Part shown: in pieces, positions 25,421-37,912 of the stretch
How the letters are laid out: the number at the start of each line of letters is the position of its first letter
Numbering within the stretch: position 1 is the first letter of the stretch
Translations under genes and position numbers: made by a program
The notes under the pieces: generated by a model
Seen by the model: only the letters and a program-made list of their open reading frames with translations
What the model was told of the DNA's origin: nothing
Database searches by the model: none
DNA from: the human T2T-CHM13v2.0 reference genome, Homo sapiens
Strand: one strand, 5' to 3'
Assembly: GCF_009914755.1 (NCBI RefSeq)
Contig: NC_060930.1
DNA: 64,000 nucleotides

Positions 25421-28400
25421 TGCTTGTATCCATGATATAGGGTATTAACATTTATTTAAAATTGTATGCAAAAATTACCAGGCATGAACAACAAATTATC
25501 TTAGTTTTATTTCTGTGCTTTGGAGATGTATTCTAAACCTACCTATGCATCTATCTATGTACTGGTATAACAATTTTATTTGTATTTTGGTGGGAAAATT
25601 TGAGCTCCATGCAAAACTTAAATTTCATGCTTCACAAGCACTGTGAATCAAATATATATGTGTTAACTTACACAGGCTGAATATTCCAGAGTCCAAAACA
25701 TTTAAATAGACATATCTGTACAATATTGAATTCTGTGCAAAAAACAATGACGACAACAAAAAACCTACCACTACTTGAATACCACCTGAAATAGTTAATA
25801 AATAAGACCATTGACTTTGGATTTTCTATTTTGCTTTTGCAGCATGCCTTAAAAGCAATTACTATTCCATTACTGTTCACACAAGAGAAAATTTACCAGC
25901 TTGTAATTTAGAGGCAAGCAGAGTAGACAGAAAAAAGGGAGCCACCCACAATGGTTTCCAAGAAGCAGCAACAGCCTAAATGTTTAAAAGATACAACATT
26001 CATTGCACCAAGCAATAATCCGAACATGTTTTCATGTCTATTCACGAGACAGAATCATCAGTGAAAAGTAGGTTGAGAGAGGAAGAATGATGGAAAAAGA
26101 CAATAGGAAGAGGCAGAAGGGAGAACATCTTTAGGCCCAAATTGTTATTTCTGGTCCATTAAAATATCAACATCCAAATGAAAACTACTGGTCTCCAAAG
26201 AAAACTCTTATCAAAAACGAACCATAATTCAAATACTGTACACCCAGGGAGAATAAAGAAAACCTAACATTTATAGCCTAAGAAAATTGGCTGTAGTTTC
26301 ATATATACATTTCTATAAAATTCTCACATTTTATCAGACCTATGGCATGACTCTTAATAGCTTTCAGAGGGAAAGAAATAAAATACAAGGGGCACATTTC
26401 AGGTAAAATGGTCTTTTAATGTTCCACCCAAGAAAATCTTCTAGGTTCCTTCACTTTAAAAAGAATTACCCTAAATAAAGTAAATGTACCAAGGGTAAAA
26501 GGTAAATCTCATGTTTCCTTTCAGGAAACATATATAGAAGTACTATTTAGGGGGGAAAGGGCCAAACATTGTAAACTCGTATATCCTTCAGATTATGACT
26601 CCAATAAGCAGCAGGTAAAGAGGGAAAGCACACAAATACTTCTGAAAAAAAAGCAAGACAGAATTAATCCTCAAAACTCCTTTATCTGCCTAGTACACAA
26701 ATAGCTGAATAGCACCCAACAAAAGATTCAAGCAAGGGGCTTCTTTAGTTCATTGCTTTCCAGAAACATCTTCTAGATGCAATCTCAGTCACTGACTCCT
26801 TTGATAACCCCTTAAGTGTCTGAGAGCCAGCCTGTCTTCCAGTCTCATTTCATTAACTTCAAAATTTCTAAAGTTTTTTTTTTTCTTGCTTGGAAAGTGC
26901 TATTTTTTTTTAGTATTTCAATTCAATTGATTTCCAGAGGTGAAACCAACTTCACCTGAAAAGCATCTGTTTTAAATTTAAGAAAGCTTTGAAGGTTTTC
27001 TGGTGAAAAACAGAAATCTGATCAATAGTGTTATTGAAAACATGACTAAAAATAAAGTCACATTTATCTGTAGTTGTGGCTTTTATTAAAGCAGCTTAAA
27101 TCCTTTGCAAGTAAGCTTTTCCAGAGAGGTAGATGGATAGGATGCACAGGGAGGCAGGATTACCTGTGATCCACAGTGCAAAACCCCATCAATGCCACAG
27201 GAAGAAGAGGAGTAGCTGTTGAGATTTTTGAAACCTGAAAAACCCCACCACCTCCTTCTCCAATGAACAGGCCCATTTCTGTAGCTAAGATTCACACTAA
27301 ACTTCATTTGCAAATGGATTTGGCTGTTAACATAAGAGTATTCAATGCAAATATTTCTTTCCTGGCAATGCAGATCAGTTGAAAGGAAAGGCTGAAAATT
27401 AGTTAGCTGTATGAGATGACAAAGCACCATTCCAGTTACCAGGGAGGAATAATTGAACACAGATTGCCTGTTGCGTCTTTAATTTAATTTGGAGACCTTT
27501 CATCCTTTGCTTTCCTTCATTTGCAGCCAATACTTACGGAGCTAATTTGTACCTGGTTCATTTTCCTCCTTTTATCTTATCCACTTTAACATCAACCATG
27601 GAAATTAGAAGCACCATGAATAAAAGATGAAACCTGACTTGGGGTATTCTTTCCTTAAGTACTGTGAATTACTGAAAAACTAATTGGTGTGCATGCACAA
27701 TATAAAGGGCTGAGATATATGCCTCAGCCCTATAGCATTCCTAATCAGCATCTTTGCTTTCCCCCAAGGAGCTGTAGATTTTCAATGTTTTATCTGGTCC
27801 TACGTTTTCTCCAGAGAACAATGTCTAAACTATAATTTACACGGAATCATTAATCTGAGAACGGGTGTATGGTAGGCTGTCTCACAAATAAACCTACGGA
27901 TTTCCAAATTCTGGAAAATGCACAAGACTAAGAATTCATAAATTCCACTAGCCTAATGATGGAATTCAATAATGTTTGCCATGCATGGAAAATGTTATAA
28001 TAAAGAAAACTGAATGTATCAGCATACATATATGTCAAACAAAGGCCTAATCTGTCCAAAAACAATGCTGGTGGGGGAGTGGTAGAGAAAGGTACTAGTC
28101 ATAAAATTACTGTCTGGGAGTGACCTCCAGGAGATAGAAAACTTAAATTCTAAGTATGTCATGCCTATTATGCTTAAAATGACAACAGAAACAATAAACC
28201 TGTTGTATTTTTTGTATATGTGGCACCTCACCATTAAAAAATGTTGCATATGCTCTTATTTTATTTTATTGCATTACTTCCAATTGTACAAAAGTTTAGT
28301 GTCTTGAAAGTTTTGCGTTTTTCCTTTATAATGTCCTCTCTGACAACACTATTTTTTTCTCCTTACCCTCTCCTCATTTTATATTTTCCCCCATATGGAC

Positions 28401-30385
28401 TAATGAAAAACCTACTGGAATTTTCTCCTGATGCTTAATATCCCCCACCAACAAACCCTCCTTTCAGTTTGGGAAGCATCAAAGGAAGGCTGTGTCCTGA
28501 ATCATTTCACTGCCTGCGTGTGCCAATTCTTCTAACACCTCACACCAAGAGGCTAGAAGCTCGGAATAAACTAAATCATTCCTCCTTCACAATCTAGCCT
28601 CCTACAGTGTTCATTAACAGTAATGTGCACTATTTTACTTCAACAAGACCACATATTGTCACAGACGAGGCAACTTCGAAGTTGTAGAAGAAAATAAAAA
28701 GACCTTGCGGTTTAAAAATTGTGGTGCATTGAAATGTACAGTCTTTGCTTCAGATGCAAGCCACTTTTTTCTTTTGGAGGGGGGAGCACTGATGCAGGAT
28801 TAAAAGCCCAGTTAAAAACGTCAGATGGTATCTCTAATCTTGGGTTGAGTAAGGACCATACTATACAATGCCAAGCTTATTTATTCATTTGGAGAAACGT
28901 GGAAAGAAAGCCCTCTACAGTGAAAGGATGGAAAAGAAAAGATGAAGGACAATTACTGTGCCTTTTATTCATGAAAGAGAGGATGAATAGAAATGAAGGC
29001 GGCAATTACCTTTAAGAAAATTTTTTTAAAGCCACACAGAAAAATTAAACTGGAAGAGTACAGAATAGCTCTGCCCTGGGGTTAAGAAAGCAACCCAGAG
29101 ATGAGGATGAAAGTGTGGGAAGCAGTTAGGGTATCTGATGACCAGACACACAGATTATTTTAGCAGTTCAGTGTCCAACTCACACATAGTATTTTCCCAA
29201 TGTCCAGTTTACTTGGGAGAAGGGGAATTGAGGGGGAGTCTCTGAAGCAGGACGTCAAGAAATTTCAGGTGGAGGAAGGCAACAGTCTCACAGGGCGTCA
29301 AATCAATCAAGAAGATTTTCTTTGGCTGTAATTGCGTAGACAGAAGAAAACTGAGAAAACCCATGCCACTCAGTCTCATTTGCAGGCTACACACACACAC
29401 ACCGCAAGATACCAGCCTCAAGGAAGAACACCTGTTCTAACCCTGTGCCTGCCGGGGGCGGCGGGGGGGGGCGGTGCGCGCGTGGCCATCCCAGGGAACT
29501 CATGGGCCATCTCAACAGCAGGGAGCCCGGATGCACTCAGGACCTGGCTGCACCAGAAAGACGCAAAAGGCCCCGCCAAATGTGTCCTGGCTAACTCGCC
29601 AAAAAGAGGCCTTAGAGAAAGGTTGTGAAAAGGGATCAGGCAGCCCAGATGTTTACCTTGGGCTGCAAAAAAGACGTAACCACAGGGCAGAACAGTTTAT
29701 TTTCCAGAAAGGGTTTTCTTGCAAAAAAAAAAAAAAAGTAATCTTGAGGGTCAGAAAAGACTTTTGTGAGGTGTGGGAAAGAGAGGAAGGACCTCCATAG
29801 AAGTCAGTGTTTCTTCTAACAACCATTTCCGTGCCAGTGGGCCGCAATAGTCAAATTTCTCTCTAGGCTATCTCCACCTTTCTCCCTATATGGTCCTAGA
29901 CTGAGAATCACACCTGTAGGCACTGAAAAGCCTCGAGTAACACCTAGCCTACCCGTCCCCACCACCCCCACCCCTCCACCGCCACCCGCTACGGTGCAGG
30001 TCCCTCCCTGATCTCCTATCGCAGCCAGCGCCTGCAGGTCTAAGCTCCATCCTCAGGTCGTCAGGAGCCTGGCCCCTGGAAATCATTCCCGCGCCTCACA
30101 CCTGTGCTATTCTCTTGACACAATCTCCACACAGAAAAGCCCCAGGGCAGACTCCCGCCCCTTAAGCCACAGTGATCCTCTCACACACAGCCCCTCCACC
30201 CCCACGGCCAGCGGAGGCTGCGGAGTGCCAGCAAGGAGCGGCTCCACTCGGTGCCCCGAATGCGCGCACGGAGAACTGAGAACTCAAAAGTGCACCCGGA
30301 GTGCAAGGGGCGTGTGACTGCAGCCCGGCCGGCCCGGAGGCCCACTCCCGCCCTCGCCCACCCAGCGGGGCAGGCTGGCCTTTAC

Positions 30386-30976
30386 CTCCTGGAAGAGCTC
30401 CAGACTATAGGTGTTGTCGTCGTCAGCGAAGAAGAGCACGCCGGGCTGCGCGCGCTGGTGCTGGTGCCTCTGGCGCAGCCAGGCGAGGCCCGCGTTGCGC
30501 TGCTCAGTGGCGCGCGGCAGCCCGGGCCGCTTGTAGCGCCGCGGCGTGGGCACGTGCAGGTGAGTGCTGGGCAGCCCGGCCCGCGCCAGGAAGCGGCTCA
30601 CCAGCTCGCTGCGCGCCGCCGCGTCCTCCACCAGGATCCAGTGCAGCTGCGCCACCTGGCGGAACGTGTTGGCCAGGCGGGTCAGCTCCGCTTTCTGCAC
30701 CGGGCGGCTGTAGGTGGGCGTGATGGCATAGATGGTGGGCAGCTGCGGCTCCGGCTGTGGCTGCGGCCGAGACTGGTTGCGCTTTTGGGTCCCGTGAGCC
30801 GGGCCGCCCCTGCGGAGCGGGAGTCGGGCGCCCCCGCGGCCCACCGCGTAGGGAGAGAAGTAGGGGCGCGGGGTGAGCGGGGGCACTGGCCTGCGCGTGT
30901 CCACGTCGAGCATGATGATGACAATTAGGATCCAGGGCAGGAGGATAAAGAAGCGGGTGAAAAGCGCGGACTTCAT
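30386..30976 (-). CDS. B3GAT2: Coding part of exon 1 (197 codons) of beta-1,3-glucuronyltransferase 2 (GlcAT-S, GT43 family); remaining exons lie outside the window (<1)
   Basis: Translation MKSALFTRFFILLPWILIVIIML (type II TM anchor)...LPTIYAITPTYSRPVQKAELTRLANTF...GVLFFADDDNTYSLELFQE (GT43 DDD motif). Kozak gcaccATG at 30976. Donor GAG|GTAAAG after 30386; 591 nt, phase 0. Confidence 0.96.
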
Positions 30977-31065
30977 GGTGCACGCTCCCCGGCCTCTCGG
31001 ACACCCCAGAGAGGGGCGAGCCGAGGGACCCCAGTGCGCAGCTTGGACAGCGGCGGCGCCAGCAC

Positions 31066-31095
31066 TTAGGGAGTGGTGATGGGTGCGCTGTCCAT
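31066..31095 (-). other. Candidate uORF MDSAPITTP* in the B3GAT2 leader
   Basis: ccccATGGACAGCGCACCCATCACCACTCCCTAA, ending ~90 nt upstream of the main ATG; +4 G context. Confidence 0.6.
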
Positions 31096-31104
31096 GGGGC
31101 CGAG
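31084..31104 (-). promoter_or_regulatory. RE1/NRSE (REST)-like element
   Basis: CTCGGCCCCATGGACAGCGCA versus consensus TTCAGCACCA(C/T)GGACAGCGCC, 17/21 match with intact GGACAGCGC half. Confidence 0.5.
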
Positions 31105-33583
31105 GGCGCTGCAGAGACCTGGAGCCGCGGGGCTCACTACCTGGGCGTGGAGGAGCGGCAGGTTCGCGCAAGCTAGAGCGACAAGGGGTGCAGGCGGGCG
31201 GGCAGGGGCTGCCCCCGACTCCAGGTGAGCTGGCGGGAAGCGGGACTCGGTCCAGCCGCGCGCCGCCGGTCCCGGAGTTGTGCCGAGTGCGGGAAAGGCG
31301 CTGATCCCCACCGCGCTCTTTCTGAAGAGTGGAAGCCGAGAAGCGGCACCCGGTGCGCCTCGCCGCTCCAGTCCGGCGGTGCTGCGGGCACAAGGGCTCC
31401 AGCCGCGGGCCCCCAGGACGCTCTCTGGGACGCCTTCGAGGGCGGGCGGCGGCGCTGGGGGCTTTCCTTCCTCACATTCCCGCCGGGGTGGCGAGGAGCG
31501 GGTGGAGACGCTGGGGGTTGTGTCCCGGCTGTGTTCGCGCGCCGCAGCGGAAGCCTGCTCTCAGTCCCTTGCTCTTGTCTTCTCAGAACCTCTCCGGATC
31601 CAGCAGCAAGATCCCAAAGCAAGGAAAGAAAGAAAAAGCGAGGGGGCGGGGGCGCTGCAGAATCCAGCGTCCTCCCAAGTCCTCCTGTGGGAAGACAGCA
31701 GCGCTGCTACTGGTGGAGAGGGGCTGCGAGAGGGAGGCGCGGAGGGACCCCTTGGCTCTCCGCCGGGTCTGGCGCTAACGGCCCCGCGAGCAAGCTCGGG
31801 AGGCGGCCGCTGCACCGCGGGTGGAGGAGCGGGAGGAGCGTCCCCGCGGGGCTGCACGACCTCCTGGAGGGGGTGATGCTCGTTCACCTCTCTTCAGCTT
31901 TGTGAAATACCGCAAGGTCTTTGGAGATGAGCCAGGAAAATCCATTCACGTGCGGAAATTTGCCGGGCTACGCGCGTTGCTGCTGATGCCTAGGGTTCGG
32001 AGTGAAAGGAGGGGAGAAAGCGAAGGGATTCCTCCTCCTGCTCCCAGCTGCTGCGTTGATGTGCTGGGGTGTATCGAACAGCGGCAACAAAAAGCGCTTT
32101 CACTGCAAGGCAGACATCAATAGGAGCCCACGGAGATGGAGGGGTGCTGCACATAGGTGTTTGGCATGTGAGACAGTCCATAAGAAAGAATCAATTCGGA
32201 GGGCTGCTGCCTGACTGCAGTTTGATCATGGCGGGTGGGGGCGGGTGGAATTCCTAAAACTCCAGCCGAGCATGTTTAACTTATTTTTCTTCAGTAATTT
32301 GGAGTCACGGTCCCTCCCAGTTCTTCGCTGTCACCGGAATTACTCCGTTTGGCTCTCCCAAGGCTCCTGTCAAGAAGGCCTAAGAAGTAGAATCGCCTTC
32401 ATTTTCAGGATAAGGAAGCTGAGGTTCAGGGTTTAAAATGATTTCTCTGAGGTCAGTGGCAAGTGGCATATGGAAATAGAACGTGGGTCTCCTGCGTGTG
32501 TCTATAGCTAGTGGCGTCCTCACTGCATGGCCTGCAGAAATCCCACCCAACACAGCCGGGCCGGTTTGGCCTTCCTACATATAAAGATGGTGCGATTGAA
32601 ATCAAACAGAGTGTACCATGACGAATAGAACCATGATAGGGTCTGGAAGACCCCAAGTAAACAGTTGGCACTTAGTTTAGACACTTTTTGCTGTCTAGCT
32701 GGCCTACTAGCTGAGTGCCTGACCTTCTGTAACTTACCAGGAAGAAGGGCTGTGCTTCCCAGGCAGGTCCCAGGGAAGTGCTTGCAAAGCAGAAGGAAAG
32801 CTCCAGACTGTTCTGCCCTAGCCTATGATAAATAATTTCTGAGCCCATCTTGTCTGGGTTGTCTGCCTTTCTCGGGCTTGTTCACAAATAAATCTCTCTC
32901 CGACTGTGCGTTCTGGTGCAACTGAGAGCTCTGGGGCGAATGGCTCTCCAGCTTTTCTGACAGCTCCTCTTCTCCCAGTCCTACCCCTGAACCCCCCACC
33001 TGTTAAAAGGCATTGGCTCATCTGTGAATTTCCCTAACTTCCTCTTCAGATTCTGAAACGTGAGAGTGAAATTTCAGACTAACACCCAGCCACCCCAACA
33101 ACTCCCTAGAGCTAGCCTTCTGTCCCAACTTCCCTGTGCCATCCACAACTCATACATTAAACTCTGCAGATTAGTGCATCCTAAACATAGAAAACAACGA
33201 AGCCATTAGACCTCTTCCCATTCTCTCGAATAGCCTAATGTGCCTCTGAATATAACACAACCTTGGAAATGTATTCTGCACCAGCATCATGCCAGGATGG
33301 GGAAGAGGAAAGAAGTCAAGGCCTCCCTTTAAGAAAAGGTTTTTCTTAGGAAGCAGTGCACCCCTCTCCCCTAAGTTACTGAAGTCTGGTTCATCCTGTT
33401 GGAAATTTTAAATTTGGTTAAAATGCCTTGTGTTTGCTGGAATAAAATTCATGTTGTTACTGAATTGTACTAAAAACATCACTAACCTTTGTTAGTGGGG
33501 AACTTTTGGTTGGTCCAACTATGCCATAAAACCTATTTGCTATTACATCCTCTCCAGGAACCAAGGCTATTCAGAGATGAAAC

Positions 33584-33585
<2 letters not shown>

Positions 33586-33619
<34 letters not shown>

Positions 33620-33660
33620 TGTGTGTGTGAGAGAGAGAGAGAGAGAGAAAGACAGACAGA
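33586..33660. repeat. Compound (TG)n-(AG)n-(AGAC)n microsatellite at an Alu tail
   Basis: Directly visible. Confidence 0.95.
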
Positions 33661-33940
33661 CAGGGTCTCTCTTCAATGCCAAGGCTGGGGTGCAGTGACT
33701 TGAACACAGCTCACTTCAGTCTCGATGTCCTGGGCTCAAGCAATCCTCCTGCCTCAGCTTTTTGAGTAGCAGGAACTACAGATATAAGCTGCTACACCCT
33801 GCTAATTTTTTCATTTTAGTTTTTGTAGACTGGGGTCTCCTATTACCCAAGATGGTCTTGAACTCCTGGGCTCAAGCAGTCCTTATGCCTTGGCCTCCCA
33901 AAGTGCTGGGATTACAGATGTAAGCCATTGTGCCTAGCCC
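33655..33940 (-). mobile_element. AluJ-like SINE
   Basis: gacagggtctc...ctcaagcaatcctcctgcctcagc...cccaaagtgctgggattaca. Confidence 0.88.
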
Positions 33941-34114
33941 AAAGCACTTTCAAAATCAATTGAATTTGCAGTTTGAGACTTTAGCTCATGCCCAGAATTC
34001 ATGGGTGTCATAAAACACAACACTTAATTAGCACATCACAGACTGTCACTTCATTTTTTTCTATTACCCTTAGCATTTCTACCCAGGTTTATTTCATTCA
34101 GTCATCTGTTGGGG

Positions 34115-34340
34115 AGCTTCATGGTTCTTGGAGTCAGGCAGACCTGGGTTTGAGTCCCCTCTGGGATACTTTCTACTGTGCAACTTTAGAAAATCAGTGA
34201 ACCTCCCAAGGCCTGTTTCCTCATCTGGAAAATGGGGTTAATAATACATACTCCATGGGAATCTTGCAAGGATTAAATGGTGTATGTTGGGTAGTTTGAA
34301 GAAGAGCCATTATTACACAGGCAGTCAATAAATGATATTT
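34115..34340 (+). mobile_element. MIR
   Basis: ggagtcaggcagacctgggtttgagtccc...ctgtttcctcatctggaaaatgggg. Confidence 0.75.
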
Positions 34341-36487
34341 CAATACAGATAACCCTTCCTCAAAAGAACACCTTAACACAAGAGATCTTGATGGATCATC
34401 GTTATCAAATGAATATAAAATGAAATCTAAACAGGACTGATAATGCTTCTAAATAGTACCTCTGCTTGTAATGAAGATAATTCCTAGAGTGTATGTTAGA
34501 GTCTTCCCAAGTTGGTCTAGGGAGTGGAAGAAAGAAGAAATAAATTTACCCCAAATGCAAGGTATAGCTTGTCATGCAATAAGGATGACATGATTCCAAG
34601 TGACATTTATTTCAGATGGCTGAATATGCCATATTGTTTTACATTAAGCCACTCAATATGTGGCCCCGAATCTCTTATGATCAAATCTGAGCAAAGATAT
34701 AAAGATACGAAAATTATCATTAAGGATGTCCATTAGAAGTACAAAACCAGGGCAAAACATTTTTAAGTGCAAAAACTTATACTTTAAAAATATGTCACGA
34801 GTCTATCAGGGGCTGGAATGGAAACAACTCCTTTAAATGGGAGCTTGGAGAAAATGTCATTTTTATGAAGCATAATCACTAAGTAAGCTATGGTACTTTT
34901 CCATATAGCTTATGATATTCTTACATAAAACAATTTAAGCTTGATCTGTGGCTGATAATGAAGGTTGCTGGAAGTCACTAGAGTAATTAAAATAATTACC
35001 TAACTTCGGAGCGTCTGCACATCCTCTCAGTGTTTATTTTCATTTAATCTCTCTAATTATTTATGTAGCAAAGTGAGCATTGCTTCGTCTGTACTAATGA
35101 AGCCTTAGATTGCTGGCATCAGCCACTGCATTTCAGCATTCAGTTGTTGTTCTCAAATAAACAAAGGTAAAAAAAATCCCATTTGGGGAATTAACAAAAA
35201 CCATATCATATAATCACTAAACATTTACATTTTGCCTTGATGAGTAATATGCAACTGTAACTTCAGCAGCAGAAAGACTGCAATATGGTTACTGCACTGT
35301 ACAGAAATGATCCCATTTGACATTTGAGCCTGGGGTTCTGCTAGTGTGACTAAATCAACCTTCAAGTAAGCATTTGGGGACATCTTTGATATTCTTAGTC
35401 AAGTAGGAAAAGGATTGTACAAAATTAAGTATTTATAAATATATAATATTGTAGTTATGCAAATTAGGTTTTGAAGAGAATCAGAACTAATGCATGTATG
35501 AGTAATAATGTAACGTGAAAGTATTGATAATGTCCACATGCATGCGAACATAAATACCTTCTGTTAAAATATCAGACACAATTATGTGAAAGAATGATAT
35601 CAAAATAAATAATTCTAACAGCCCCAAATTCCAGGGATACATGACAGTTTCATTGATAACTGTCAGAAAAATGACATCTAAACTACAAATTAAATGGCTC
35701 ATTTGTTCTTTTATGCATCCGGATCCTCTACAAATATCTCTTTTTGCCTAGAATTGTTCTAAATTATAATGTTTCCTTAACATTTTAGACATTTGCAGCC
35801 ATTATGTACAAAATGTGACATTAGAGGTAGTTCAGTAAAATCCCATTTTTATAGGATGGGTTAGGAACAAGGTTTTTCAGTAAAAGTGATTTTCTAGAAA
35901 AGTAGAAATTGGCAATTTACCTTAACAATTCCATTGAAAACTAATTCCATTCAGTGTGAATAAGAGCTGACGATATAGCATACCAGTGTTCCTTCCTTTC
36001 CTTTTATTAACGGATTAGAATGCACAAAAAAACCAATAAAACATGCATAAAGACATACTGGCATTCTTTCTTTTTCCCCTCACTATCTTAAAAATTGGCA
36101 TTTACATTAAAATAGTAATTTGTTAGACATGAATTTTATTGTAAAACTACATAACCTACCTTTCTGGTTGTTATGAAAATCAAAGAAGATAATGTAGATG
36201 AATGTAATTTTAGACACTGTAGTTCATACCTGTAAGAGAATCTCCCTCTATCTTACAGGAGGGGCATGCAACAACATTGGCCATGGGTTGTAATTGTTGA
36301 AACTAGGAAATGAAGACCTGGGGTTCCTTATATTATTGGGCCTATTTTTGCGTATGTGTCAACATTCCCATGATAAAAAATTAAAATATGTAAAACAGGT
36401 TATGTTCTACCACTTGTTTGCCAAGATAATACTGCTTCCAACTGCTCTTGTTTTAAGAACTACATCAAGTGCCTGATTTGTGCAAAA

Positions 36488-36944
36488 TATTATGGGTTGA
36501 ATGTATCCCCTCAAAATTCATACATCAAAGTCCTAACCCCCAGTACCTCAGAATGTGACCGTATTTGGAAACAGGGTCATTGCAGATGTAAGCAGTTAAG
36601 GTGAGTTAATACTGGAGTAGGGTAGATCCCTAATCCAATGTGAATGGTGTTCTTATTAAAAGGGGATGTTTGGGCACAGGGGCTCGAACACAGGGAGAAC
36701 ACCACGTGGAGATTGGAGCTATACTGCCACCAGTCAAGGAATGCCAAAGCTTTCCAAAAAAACCACCAAAAGCTAGGGGAGGCACATGGAACAGATACTT
36801 CCCTGGTGCATTTGAAGTGAGTGCGGCCCTGTGGACACCTTAATTTTGAACCTTTGGCCTCCAGAACAGTGAGACATAAATTTTTGCTGTTTAAGCCACC
36901 CAGTTTGTGGAACTTTGTTACAGCAGCTGTAGCAAACTAATACA
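36488..36944 (+). mobile_element. MaLR solo LTR (MLT1B/C-like)
   Basis: ttatgggttgaatgtatcccc...cctcagaatgtgaccgtatttgg...gcaaactaataca. Confidence 0.85.
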
Positions 36945-37159
36945 GATAGGAAGTGATGGTGGTAGTGCAATTATAATCTGATAGGAACTTGTGCATAATG
37001 ATAGGATGAAACCAACAGGTGTTTGTGTGCACACGCATGCATGGGAACAAAGGAATAGGTGAAGAACACTGAGTACAGAACTCATCAGCTTCCTCAAAGC
37101 TTCAAAGTGAAACATTGATGGGTGGGATTTCAAATCCAGACTCTATGGTATGATTGATG

Positions 37160-37200
37160 GTACTCGAGAGGCCTAAGCAGTACTCGAGAGGCCTAAGCAG
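37160..37200. repeat. Perfect 20-bp tandem duplication GTACTCGAGAGGCCTAAGCA x2
   Basis: Directly visible. Confidence 0.95.
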
Positions 37201-37634
37201 GCAACAGGCTTGACGGAGGAGACTAAAGAGAAGGCTTACTAAGTGAATACTGTCTTCCGTAACTGACATAACTTTCTGCCACGGGAAAACCTCCTTTCCC
37301 AGTAAATACTAGTTGAATCATCTAACCCCACTCTATGGCTTTTAAGGCCAGTGTAGTGCCAGTTGGGGTTTTGCCCAGATGTGTCACCCCCAACAGATTG
37401 GTACTGGCCACCGTAAGCCATATTGGTGGCCGTGGGCTCAGGCATCTCTGCAGCCAGATCAGAAACTGCTGTCACCATGCCTTTCCTCCACAAGAAGATA
37501 GTAGAAGCATTTACAGTCATTTTATCATGAAGCCATTTTACTATTTTAGATGAAATTTAAAAATTAATGTAGCTTTTCATCACATCTATCTGTAATTCAC
37601 TCAAGGATACATCTTGATCAAGGATACAACCCCT

Positions 37635-37912
37635 GGGCAGGGTATAGTGGCTCACACCTGTAATTGAGGCCAGGAGTTTGACACCAGCCTAGGTAAATAG
37701 GAAGACCCTCTATCTACAAAACAAAACAAAACAAAACAAAACAAAACAAAACAAAACTAGCTGGGTGTGTTGGGGCATGGCTGTAGTCCCAGCTATTTGG
37801 GGGGCTGAGACAGGAGGATCGCTTGAGCCCAGGAGTTTGAGGCTATAATGAAATATGTAAAATATGATGGCATCACTGCACTCCAGCCTGGGTGACAGAG
37901 ACCCTGTCTCAA
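37635..37912 (+). mobile_element. AluJ-like SINE with left-arm deletion, (CAAAA)n linker and no A-tail
   Basis: ggctcacacctgtaat joined directly to tgaggccaggagttt; ends gaccctgtctcaa. Confidence 0.85.

Larger units (their letters stand above)
30200..32100. promoter_or_regulatory. CpG island / B3GAT2 promoter and 5' UTR; TSS inferred near ~31.6 kb
   Basis: Very high GC and CpG density versus the flanks; GC box GGGGCGGGGGCG at ~31643-31654; TSS position is an inference. Confidence 0.88.

Noticed and set aside
30284-31393. 369-aa ORF as the full B3GAT2 protein
   Set aside because: It starts at a non-ATG codon and runs past the splice donor into the intron; only 30976-30386 is supported as CDS.
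30251-32257. Many long overlapping ORFs (225, 226, 198, 166 aa) around exon 1
   Set aside because: Expected stop-codon scarcity in a GC-rich island; low-complexity Arg/Gly/Pro/Ala content with no recognisable domain.
32500-32530. CTCF-like motif (TGCAGT...GCCACTAG on the minus strand)
   Set aside because: The distal half of the core lacks the RGGGC consensus.
37239-37553. 93-aa and 72-aa ORFs in unique-looking DNA
   Set aside because: No recognisable protein family, poly(A) tail or TSD to support an exon or processed pseudogene.
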